Of a stretch of 64,000 bases of DNA, positions 37,612 to 45,707 are shown one piece after another; position 1 is the stretch's first letter; each line of letters starts with the position of its first letter. The notes under the pieces are model-generated. The model ran no database searches and had not been told where the DNA came from. It saw nothing but the letters and a program-made list of their open reading frames with translations. Where the stretch lies: the NCBI GenBank assembly GCA_018656645.1, contig JABHZL010000121.1:3182-67181 (forward strand), given 5' to 3'. Source of the stretch: Phycisphaerae bacterium (GTDB lineage Bacteria; Planctomycetota; Phycisphaerae; Phycisphaerales; SM1A02). Both the position numbers and the translations under genes were made by a program.

Positions 37612-38804
37612 CCCATACAAATAGATTTGATTCTAAAGTTGTCCATGCAGGACAAGCGCCTGAACCTGTTACCGGTGCAGTTATGCCGCCTGTATTTCTT
37701 TCTTCTACCTATGCTCAAGAATCTCCTGGTGTCCACAAAGGATTTGAGTACACCAGAAGCCACAACCCCACACGATACGCAATGGAGCGATGCATTGCAC
37801 GGCTAGAAGGCTCAGAACTCACTGAAACAGATGACGCTTCCTATGGCGGTTTTGCATTTGCAAGTGGGATGGCTGCTATCGGCACACTCCTTGAATTACT
37901 AAACACTGGTGATCATGTCGTTGCAATGGATGACCTTTATGGTGGCACACATCGTCTCTTTTCTAAAGTAAGAGAACGGTCTGCAGGTTTACAATTTTCG
38001 CACGTTGACCTCACCGATTCAAACGCGCTTGAGAGTGCTATTCAAGAAAACACAAAACTTATTTGGATAGAAACACCAACAAATCCAACATTAAAATTAG
38101 TAGACCTTGAAGCCATTGCAAAAATCGCAGAAAATCGTGGCATATTGCTCGCTTGCGACAACACTTTTGCTACGCCTGCTATTCAACTTCCACTCTCCCA
38201 TGGTTTCGATGTCGTCATGCATTCTGGAACAAAGTACATTGGTGGACACAGTGATGTTGTCTGCGGTGTTCTTGTTACCGCCCAACAAGAGTTAGCTGAA
38301 AGAATCCGCTTTATCCAAAACTCAGTAGGCTCTGTCCTAGGACCATTTGATTCATACCTCGCGCTCCGAGGCATAAAAACATTAGGCCTCAGAATGCGTA
38401 GACATTGTGAAAGTGCTCTTCGAATTGCAACATGGCTCGAACAACACAAAGCCATTGAACGCGTCATATATCCTGGACTCCCAAGTCACCCACAACACGA
38501 TGTGGCAATTAAACAAATGACTATGGATGGTACAGTTGCTGGCGGAGGCATGATCACTTGCGTTCTTCATGGCGGGCTTGAAGCAAGTCGAACATTTCTG
38601 GAAAAACTCCGCATATTTGCACTCGCTGAATCTCTTGGCGGAGTCGAATCACTCGTTGAACACCCTGCAATTATGACACACGCATCAGTTCCTCAGGAAA
38701 TGAGAGCAAATCTTGGCATTGACGACGGACTTGTTCGTCTCAGTGTAGGTATTGAAGATTGCAAAGATTTACTTGAAGATTTAGAACAAGCATTACAAAT
38801 TTAA
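37608..38804 (+). CDS. Cystathionine gamma-lyase/gamma-synthase family PLP enzyme
   Basis: This is the Cys/Met-metabolism PLP family: YTRSHNPTR, DDLYGGT, IWIETPTNPTLKLVDL, HSGTKYIGGHSDV and LAESLGGVESL. The TTG start overlaps the CBS stop (TTGA). Confidence 0.85.
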   Translation: MTHTNRFDSKVVHAGQAPEPVTGAVMPPVFLSSTYAQESPGVHKGFEYTRSHNPTRYAMERCIARLEGSELTETDDASYGGFAFASGMAAIGTLLELLNTGDHVVAMDDLYGGTHRLFSKVRERSAGLQFSHVDLTDSNALESAIQENTKLIWIETPTNPTLKLVDLEAIAKIAENRGILLACDNTFATPAIQLPLSHGFDVVMHSGTKYIGGHSDVVCGVLVTAQQELAERIRFIQNSVGSVLGPFDSYLALRGIKTLGLRMRRHCESALRIATWLEQHKAIERVIYPGLPSHPQHDVAIKQMTMDGTVAGGGMITCVLHGGLEASRTFLEKLRIFALAESLGGVESLVEHPAIMTHASVPQEMRANLGIDDGLVRLSVGIEDCKDLLEDLEQALQI

Positions 38805-40039
38805 TGAATATGATCAAACTCACTCTTGGCACACCTCCACAAAAACAACTCGATGTCGAGTCGGTTCATGGTGAAAACGAACAGTGGAGAGATCTCTGGC
38901 AGGGATCGCTGAGATCAGAAAACGAAAATAATATCAATGCACTTGTTTCAACATTGCGACCAAATTGTAGAAACTTACTCGTCATTGGCATTGGCGGTTC
39001 ATCACTTGGTTTGAAAGCAATTCAAAATGCTTTATTAGATCCAAACTGGAACCTTCTTCCAGATGATCAGCGAAATGGACCTCGCCTTTTTGTGATCGAC
39101 AACATAGACCCAGTAACTACATGCTCTACATTCGAAGTCGTAAAAAAAGATGACCCTGACCTTAAGCACACAGTTGTTTGCATCATTTCAAAATCTGGCG
39201 AAACAATTGAAATCGCCGCGAACCTTATGGTTGCGTTGAAAGAGTTATCATCTGCAACTTTTATTGCGATCACAGGTAAATCAGGTTCACTCAGGGATTT
39301 TGCTGCTGAAAATGGATGGAAAACGCTTCTAGTTCCGGAAGAAGTCGGTGGGCGATTCAGTGTTTTATCACCAGTTGGTTTATTCCCTGCAGCAATGTGC
39401 GGTGTTGATATTGGTGCTTTGCTCGATGGGGCAAGAGAAATGGCTCAATCGTGTTCATCAACAAAGAACAACGTTGCTGCATCACTTGCTACGTTCCTTA
39501 TTGGCCATGCAGCCGAAAATAGAACAACGCAAGTGATGATGCCCTACTGCGAAGGATTTACCTATCTCGCACATTGGTGGGTACAACTTTGGGCAGAATC
39601 TCTTGGCAAAACAAATGAAAATTCTGTGCGAGTTGGGCCAACCCCGCTCGTTGCTATTGGCGCAACTGATCAACATTCTGTGCTGCAACTTTGGCGAGAA
39701 GGTCCGGTGGATAAAGTAATTGGCTTTATTGGTGTTGATCAAGGAATTGATGTTTCGTTAGGTGAACAAGCGATTTCAAAAAACATCGATTGGCTTTGCA
39801 ACAAAACAATGCGAGAGGTTTTGCATGCAGAACAAGAAGCCACGACACAAGCCGTTTCTGAAGCAGAGCAAGCAACATGGACATTAACATTTCCTGAAGT
39901 GAGCGCTCTTACCTTAGGGCAATTCTTCGCATTATGGGAATTGACAACTGCAATAGCTGGTCGATTGTTAAAAGTAAACCCCTACAACCAACCTGGAGTT
40001 GAATTAGCTAAGCAATTGACTGCAGAAAAACTACGGTAG
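38804..40039 (+). CDS. pgi: Glucose-6-phosphate isomerase (short bacterial type)
   Basis: VIGIGGSSLG, ISKSGETIE, GGRFSVLSPVGL and NPYNQPGVE are present. The ATG overlaps the upstream stop (TAATG). Confidence 0.85.
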   Translation: MNMIKLTLGTPPQKQLDVESVHGENEQWRDLWQGSLRSENENNINALVSTLRPNCRNLLVIGIGGSSLGLKAIQNALLDPNWNLLPDDQRNGPRLFVIDNIDPVTTCSTFEVVKKDDPDLKHTVVCIISKSGETIEIAANLMVALKELSSATFIAITGKSGSLRDFAAENGWKTLLVPEEVGGRFSVLSPVGLFPAAMCGVDIGALLDGAREMAQSCSSTKNNVAASLATFLIGHAAENRTTQVMMPYCEGFTYLAHWWVQLWAESLGKTNENSVRVGPTPLVAIGATDQHSVLQLWREGPVDKVIGFIGVDQGIDVSLGEQAISKNIDWLCNKTMREVLHAEQEATTQAVSEAEQATWTLTFPEVSALTLGQFFALWELTTAIAGRLLKVNPYNQPGVELAKQLTAEKLR

Positions 40040-40042
40040 TTG

Positions 40043-40276
40043 TCACATACCCGCAATACGCGGCGGACGCACTTCCTTCAAATCACCTTTGTTGAACTCA
40101 GAAGCACCCTCGTTTTCTAAACGAATCGCGTCATAGACTTCTTTTCGGTGTACTGGTACGTTCGAAGGCGCTTTCACACCGATACGAACTTTATCTCCGC
40201 GAATATCAACAACAGTCAGTTCGATGTCGTCACCAATCATTATTGTTTCGTCCCGATGGCGTGATAGAACTAGCAT
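40043..40276 (-). CDS. csrA: Carbon storage regulator CsrA
   Basis: From the ATG at 40276 the product is MLVLSRHRDETIMIGDDIELTVVDIRGDKVRIGVKAPSNVPVHRKEVYDAI. GGAAGGA lies upstream of the ATG. Confidence 0.92.
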   Translation of the reverse strand: MLVLSRHRDETIMIGDDIELTVVDIRGDKVRIGVKAPSNVPVHRKEVYDAIRLENEGASEFNKGDLKEVRPPRIAGM

Positions 40277-40360
40277 GGTTCGGGGTCCTTCCTCAAGGGT
40301 TTTGTGCGATAAGGCACTTGGGAGTCCTTCCCTGGACATTCCCAGTTTAATAGATTCAAA

Positions 40361-40804
40361 TTATGCAGAAACGCGTTGCTCCGAAGCAATACGAACAATC
40401 TCGTGGCGAGTCGTCCATCGCTTGTCCACCAGAACAAGCTGCATCGCTTTTCGACTTGCTAAATTTATAACAATTGGACCTTGCAAATTAACAGTGAGTG
40501 CAAGATCGTATTTATTTACAATTACAAATGTTTGAGCAGCATCTAGATCCGTTAGTTCTAACTCATCCATTTGTTCTCTTCTAACATTTGCTTGATATTC
40601 AGGTACCCATGATGAGGGATCTGTTACAACAAATGCTAATTCTGGGGCCTCAGTTGATTGAAGCCAATAAAAAAGTCCCTCGTCGTCTGGCTGTAAGAGT
40701 GCGTAACTTGTATAACTTGAAAAACCGAGAAGACCTGATGGAAACTCGATAATTCTTGTGGCATCTACCTCTACTGAACCAAATCTTGTTGTCTGCACTT
40801 TCAT
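40361..40804 (-). CDS. fliW: Flagellar assembly factor FliW (CsrA antagonist)
   Basis: MKVQTTRFGSVEVDATRIIEFPSGLLGF...YALLQPDDEGLFYWLQS...PELAFVVTDP is typical of FliW. It lies immediately upstream of csrA, as in many bacteria. Confidence 0.85.
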   Translation of the reverse strand: MKVQTTRFGSVEVDATRIIEFPSGLLGFSSYTSYALLQPDDEGLFYWLQSTEAPELAFVVTDPSSWVPEYQANVRREQMDELELTDLDAAQTFVIVNKYDLALTVNLQGPIVINLASRKAMQLVLVDKRWTTRHEIVRIASEQRVSA

Positions 40805-40810
40805 GTGTGT

Positions 40811-40823
40811 CGCAATCCTTGCG
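40811..40823 (-). promoter_or_regulatory. Candidate CsrA-binding hairpin over the fliW Shine-Dalgarno
   Basis: The minus-strand RNA is CGCAA-GGA-TTGCG, with GGA in the loop, and it ends 6 nt before the fliW ATG. Further GGA motifs lie in the preceding 80 nt of leader. Confidence 0.45.
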
Positions 40824-41003
40824 GTCTGACTCTATCCTTCGGTCCTCGCAAACTCTGCGAGCGAACATCCTGTCCGAGGGAACCAGCGAGAGCCGCCGCG
40901 CCGATCCCACTGCGTGTTACGGCAGCCTAGATGCCATCGGCATGATGCCCATTTCAACGATAATCTCTGTTATGCAAGTCCGGTAACTACTCGAGTTAAA
41001 TAC

Positions 41004-41684
41004 TTAACGGTTCATCAGGACGAGGATCAAGATAAGCGAAACGACTCCGAGTGCAACCATGAGAATTCGATTTTTTCGCTTCGAACTTTCAATCGAGCGC
41101 TGAAGGACTCTAAATGCAGGCGAACCTGGGCCTGAAATGTTACCTTCTCCTTCTTCCCGTCGAGGCGTTTCAGGAGATTTTTCTGGGAGTTTCATAGGTT
41201 CTGAGCATGTGTCAAAAATTGCTGTGTCCCCTAAAAATGATGAAACCCCCGTTGTTGTAACTTTCTTCGGTGGTGCCTCCTCAAGACCAAGTGAATCACG
41301 ATCTCGGTATCCACCAAATGTTACTTCGCAAGATGGGCACGACAGAGATGTAGGATCCACATGTTCATCACATTTGTGGCACCTACCTAAAAGATGGGCG
41401 ATTCCGGGTACTCTTTTTGCAACGATCCACAATTGTCTCGTTGTTGGCCCTCTGACGAGGGAAAACCTATGCACATTTTCTTCTCTAACTTTATGTACTA
41501 AAAGATCATATGTCATCCCAGGGGCGAATGGATTTTCTTCGTCACGCAAATACCAGGGACCAAATGAGGATTCTGCTAAGAGTAGCCCATCTGGATCTAA
41601 TTTCCCGCCACACTGCTTACATACGGATTGTTCATATTGAGTCTCCCCACAGAGTGGGCACGCGAGTATCCTTTGCTTTGCCAT
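41004..41684 (-). CDS. Hypothetical zinc-ribbon / GYF_2-like protein with C-terminal membrane anchor
   Basis: The N-terminal ribbon is CPLCGETQYEQSVCKQCG. A GYF_2-like stretch follows (FGPWYLRDEENPFAPGMTYDLLVHKV...LVRGPTTRQLWIVAKRV). A second ribbon is CHKCDEHVDPTSLSCPSCE, and the C-terminal TM segment is ILMVALGVVSLILILVL. Confidence 0.55.
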   Translation of the reverse strand: MAKQRILACPLCGETQYEQSVCKQCGGKLDPDGLLLAESSFGPWYLRDEENPFAPGMTYDLLVHKVREENVHRFSLVRGPTTRQLWIVAKRVPGIAHLLGRCHKCDEHVDPTSLSCPSCEVTFGGYRDRDSLGLEEAPPKKVTTTGVSSFLGDTAIFDTCSEPMKLPEKSPETPRREEGEGNISGPGSPAFRVLQRSIESSKRKNRILMVALGVVSLILILVLMNR

Positions 41685-42615
41685 GCTTCACAGAATACTA
41701 GCCAATTCTACATTTGTCACGTTTCTTCTTGTGATATTCCTTGGATGTGGAGAAAAAGCGACAAAACCTATCCATAATGAAGCCAGATTGGGCAAAAAAA
41801 TACAATCAAGAGTTGTGGGAATCATCTCTGGACAATCTATCACTCGGCAAGATATGTGGGTTCAATTAGTTGAAGCAAGTGGAGCAGAGATTTATCGAGA
41901 TCTCTTACTAAGCAACGCGATTGAACAAGAGCTTGAACAAGAACAGATGCCGAAGATAACTGATGTTGAAATTGATTACGAAAAAAATGTACTTCTTCGC
42001 ACATTACAAAGAAATCAAGCTTCCGATCTCGAATTAATCTTAACTGAACGTGGTTACGGGAAACAGCGCCTTGATGCACTATGTAGAAGAAACGCCGGAC
42101 TACGGAAACTGGTGCAAACAAAAATAAAAGTTACTGATGCTTCAGCGAACAGAATGTTTGCATTGATTTACGGGCCAAAATATCCAGTACAGATACTTGT
42201 TACTTCTACACTTAGCCAAGCATCAATAGCAAGGGAAAAATTACTTTCTGGCGAACGCTTCTCCGCAGTTGCTGCAACTATGTCTATCGATCCAAGCGCC
42301 ATCCGAGGTGGAAATGTTGCACCAATTAGCCCAGTTGATCCGCTTTGGCCATCTTCTGTTCGGGAACAAATTCAAACATTACAGATTGGCGAATGCTCTC
42401 CCCCAATGTTAATCGAAGATCGATGGTTGCTCATCACAGTCACGGGGCAACCAACTAAACAAACAGTTGCGCTTACCGATGTCCAAGAAGAAATGCAGCA
42501 ATTAAGCAGACTTGCGATGGAGCAACTTGAGATGGATCGATTGTCAGAGCGATTGCAATCAACTGCGAAATCGAACATCATTGACCCAGATGTAAAACAA
42601 GCATTGCAACAATAA
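41683..42615 (+). CDS. SurA/PrsA-like peptidyl-prolyl isomerase lipoprotein (parvulin type)
   Basis: The lipoprotein signal is MLHRILANSTFVTFLLVIFLGC. A SurA_N-like helical part is followed by the parvulin-like segment VQILVTS...REKLLSGERFSAVAATMSIDPSAIRGGNVAPISP...IGECSPPMLIEDRWLLITV. Confidence 0.55.
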   Translation: MLHRILANSTFVTFLLVIFLGCGEKATKPIHNEARLGKKIQSRVVGIISGQSITRQDMWVQLVEASGAEIYRDLLLSNAIEQELEQEQMPKITDVEIDYEKNVLLRTLQRNQASDLELILTERGYGKQRLDALCRRNAGLRKLVQTKIKVTDASANRMFALIYGPKYPVQILVTSTLSQASIAREKLLSGERFSAVAATMSIDPSAIRGGNVAPISPVDPLWPSSVREQIQTLQIGECSPPMLIEDRWLLITVTGQPTKQTVALTDVQEEMQQLSRLAMEQLEMDRLSERLQSTAKSNIIDPDVKQALQQ

Positions 42616-42621
42616 TATTAG

Positions 42622-43752
42622 TTACGTTCTCATTGCTGCAATTCGAACCAATGCAATCGGAAACAACAATATTGCTGGCAAAAATACACTAACAATCGCT
42701 GGAATTTCTGGTAATGCCATCAACATTATAAAAGATCCACCAAACAAAATCGTTATAGAAATAGCTGCGCAACGCACAGACTGTCTAACGATTGAAATTT
42801 GTTCCTTTGTTACGAAGAGTGGTATTACTATCAACATCGCAAAGATATTCATTGCTATCGTAGAAAATCTTGCATACCAGTGCCGTTTGAGCAAACCTAT
42901 ATCAAAAGTTCCTACACTTTCCAACATTTCGTTAAGTTGAGAAATACCAAGTAATCCTAAATATTGACTATATCGATGCAAGGTCAATAAATGAGGGGAA
43001 AGATCCGTCTCAAAAAACTCCACGTCTTCGGGCACATATGTTGTAACATTATTATCTGCTTCGTCTTCTGACATAATTTGAGAAGATTTTCCGCCTTCCA
43101 ATAGCCACCCTCCATTTGTTGTTTTATCCCAAATCGCACTTGTTGCATACACTCGTTGGGTCATCTGTCCATCGCCATTGCGGATTAAAAATGTAGGATA
43201 TGAAAGATTGCCTGTTGCAGGATCAAGAGAGGATGCTATCAAAAGTGTGTTGTTTCGATCTGGGGTAAATGGAACGGGAAACGCTTGCACAGAATCATTT
43301 CCAACATCGCTATGTGACCGAAGTAAAAGTGGTGCAACTTTGGGCAACATGAATTCTTGATTTATAAGCGCAATCCCACTTATACAAAATGCAACAACTA
43401 TAAATGGTGTTGCAATTTTTCGTAATGAAATGCCCGCTGCCATCATGGCAACGAACTCGCGAGATTTCCACATCTGCGTTGCCGTAAAACCCATTGCTCC
43501 AATTGCAATGAGGCCATGAAAATATGCATACACTTGAAACACTCGTGGACCTTCAAATCCAAATGCAACATATATGATCGCTACTAATTTAGAAAATAAC
43601 CCCTTCCCTTCGGTTAATCGAGTCGCTACTTTGTCGAATTCTTCAAGATTTACAATCAGATCAATCATAGATCCAAGTACAAAAATCAACACAAACAAGG
43701 TGACGAAATTAAATGTCATCCGGGTCACAACTGATCGTGTTAATTTATTCAT
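42622..43752 (-). CDS. LptF/LptG-family LPS export permease (LptG-like)
   Basis: This has the YjgP/YjgQ topology: three N-terminal TM segments, a periplasmic beta-jellyroll-like middle, and three C-terminal TM segments. It lies directly downstream of a paralogue. Confidence 0.65.
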   Translation of the reverse strand: MNKLTRSVVTRMTFNFVTLFVLIFVLGSMIDLIVNLEEFDKVATRLTEGKGLFSKLVAIIYVAFGFEGPRVFQVYAYFHGLIAIGAMGFTATQMWKSREFVAMMAAGISLRKIATPFIVVAFCISGIALINQEFMLPKVAPLLLRSHSDVGNDSVQAFPVPFTPDRNNTLLIASSLDPATGNLSYPTFLIRNGDGQMTQRVYATSAIWDKTTNGGWLLEGGKSSQIMSEDEADNNVTTYVPEDVEFFETDLSPHLLTLHRYSQYLGLLGISQLNEMLESVGTFDIGLLKRHWYARFSTIAMNIFAMLIVIPLFVTKEQISIVRQSVRCAAISITILFGGSFIMLMALPEIPAIVSVFLPAILLFPIALVRIAAMRT

Positions 43753-45345
43753 TTAGTGAAGCCTCAGTTTCTTCCAAGACAAGAGAATCAAAATCATCAT
43801 TCCAATATTTCCTGACCACATCACACTAAATCCAAAACCCATTCGACCATCACGAACAATTTGACCCCCTGCGAATATAAGTATCACTGCGACAACTGTT
43901 GGAAAGAAAACCCTTGAAAAAGTAGCAAGAGCTGTTTTGTCACGTAATCGTATTGCAGTAATACTGCCTAGTAACACTATAAGTAACGCACTTGCACTCA
44001 TCGCCCATCTCTGGTTTATTCTGCTAATTACCTGTTCGTGTAAATTTTCAATCTGCACACGCAATCTGTTTGCTAATTTTGGTAGTGATCCTTTCTCTAC
44101 ATCACTCGCTCTTGAAAGTAATTCTGGGATGTTCGTTCCTATTGCTGGGGTCGCAATATCTGCATCAATCTGAAGTGATTGAACTTGTAATTCAGATCGA
44201 ATGTTTTCACCAATTTCTCCTACAGCAACTCGAACGTCATCCATCAACAACGTCAATGATGAAACAGATCCGCTTGGATCTTGAATCGATTCCAAGCGTG
44301 CGGTTTTTGGGATTAGTAAACTTTTCTCTCCATTTCGCCTTAGCAAATCTACGTTGATAGAACCTCTGAAGATTCCTTTCTTAAAACTTTTTGATGTAAC
44401 AACAAGCTGCTGATCATTGATGATAGAAGTGAATTTCATCTCTTTTTTGGTATTGAAGTGTTTTGATAGTGATTTCCAATACTCTTGCAATGCGAGTTGA
44501 TTTCGTAGATGTTCTGCTGCTTCACGGATTGGTGGATACAGAACTGGATCTTCTTCTGCATCTAGTAGTTCGCGCCGAGTCATTGTCGATGGTCGACGAT
44601 TTGTTTCAGAATTAATACCAATTGCGTGTGTCAATTCACTTTCAAGCGCTCCTCGAGTAGAACCTGCCCCTCCGCCGTCATCAGTCCACTGCACAGTATT
44701 TTTACTACGAATATGTAAAGATGATTCATTATTGTTTTTTTCAATATCAATGGAAGCCGCAGTTGAAGTGAGATACATCGTAGGACGGTTTTGTTGATTT
44801 ACTTTTGCTACAGCTGCTTGGTGAAGAACTATTCGATCACCGTCTTTTCCTCCAGGATAAACTTTTTCCGCCCAAATTACAAGATCGCCTTGTACAAATG
44901 GTGAATGTTGTTCAATCGACCTAGTCAACATGCGTGGCATATCTGCTACAAGCGATTCCGCCATTTTTCCAATAAAACTTGGAATGACCCATTGTGTGAG
45001 AACACCTAATAGGATTGTCAATGAAATTCCAAGCGCGGCGAAGGGAGCCAAAATGCGAGTGTAGGATTGCCCTGCAACAGCCATCGCAATAATTTCATTA
45101 TCTTGTGAAAGACGATGAAAAGTAAGAGTCACTGCAAACGCAGCTGCAAACGGAAGAGCAAACTGCAACATCGGAATCATTGCGTATCCAACAAAAATCG
45201 CTGCATCTATCGGAGATATCAAACTGTCATTTGAAAGTGGTTTAATTGCTGCCCCAAATGCAATGACGACAACCAGCACGGCAGCGGTCAGAGCAAATTG
45301 CCGAAGCATATCTAAAAGCATGTATCGATAGAGCCGCCACGGCAT
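43753..45345 (-). CDS. LptF/LptG-family LPS export permease (LptF-like, enlarged periplasmic domain)
   Basis: The ATG at 45345 gives MPWRLYRYMLLDMLRQFALTAAVLVVVIAFGAAI, the typical LptF N-terminus. It is paired with the downstream paralogue. Confidence 0.65.
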   Translation of the reverse strand: MPWRLYRYMLLDMLRQFALTAAVLVVVIAFGAAIKPLSNDSLISPIDAAIFVGYAMIPMLQFALPFAAAFAVTLTFHRLSQDNEIIAMAVAGQSYTRILAPFAALGISLTILLGVLTQWVIPSFIGKMAESLVADMPRMLTRSIEQHSPFVQGDLVIWAEKVYPGGKDGDRIVLHQAAVAKVNQQNRPTMYLTSTAASIDIEKNNNESSLHIRSKNTVQWTDDGGGAGSTRGALESELTHAIGINSETNRRPSTMTRRELLDAEEDPVLYPPIREAAEHLRNQLALQEYWKSLSKHFNTKKEMKFTSIINDQQLVVTSKSFKKGIFRGSINVDLLRRNGEKSLLIPKTARLESIQDPSGSVSSLTLLMDDVRVAVGEIGENIRSELQVQSLQIDADIATPAIGTNIPELLSRASDVEKGSLPKLANRLRVQIENLHEQVISRINQRWAMSASALLIVLLGSITAIRLRDKTALATFSRVFFPTVVAVILIFAGGQIVRDGRMGFGFSVMWSGNIGMMILILLSWKKLRLH

Positions 45346-45487
45346 GGTGTGAGCATTATGACGAGTGCCACGCCCAACGCAACCCATCCCACAAAAAAAC
45401 GCCTATCTCACACTACCTGCACAGTACTTAACCCTGCAAAGAGGGTCAAAAAGCGGACCAGGTACACTTTTTAGGTTAATAATGCGC

Positions 45488-45570
45488 TCTGTCCCCACCT
45501 CAGTCTCGAGGCCTGTCCCCCGCGTCTGTCCCCCTTTCCTCTCCCCTTGCCTTTCTGAGCGTCTGTCCCC
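45488..45570 (+). repeat. Cluster of four direct copies of (T/C)CTGTCCCC
   Basis: Copies were read at 45488-45496, 45512-45520, 45525-45533 and 45562-45570. Three extend to GCG(C)TCTGTCCCC. Confidence 0.8.
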
Positions 45571-45707
45571 AATTGGCAGGAGTTATAGGACTATACAAAT
45601 GGTAATTTGGGTGATTAAATCCACTCACATCGATTTAGTGTTCAACAATGTGACAATCAACGAAACTCGCACCGATGAGCCCCTGCAATGATTTCGATGA
45701 GTCACGT

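Noticed and set aside
45488-45570. Could the repeated CTGTCCCC units be a CRISPR array?
   Set aside because: The units are only 9-12 nt, the spacings are irregular (13-37 bp), there are only four copies, and there are no cas genes.
45571-45590. Sigma-54 promoter candidate TGGCAGGAGTTATAGG upstream of the pseudopilin operon.
   Set aside because: The -24 TGGCA matches, but the -12 position reads TATAG instead of TTGC, so the invariant GC is missing.
45365-45691. 108-aa + strand ORF in the lptF/pseudopilin spacer (Pro/Ser-rich).
   Set aside because: Its composition is produced by the C-rich CTGTCCCC repeats. It has no SD and no recognisable domain, and it would run into the pseudopilin start.
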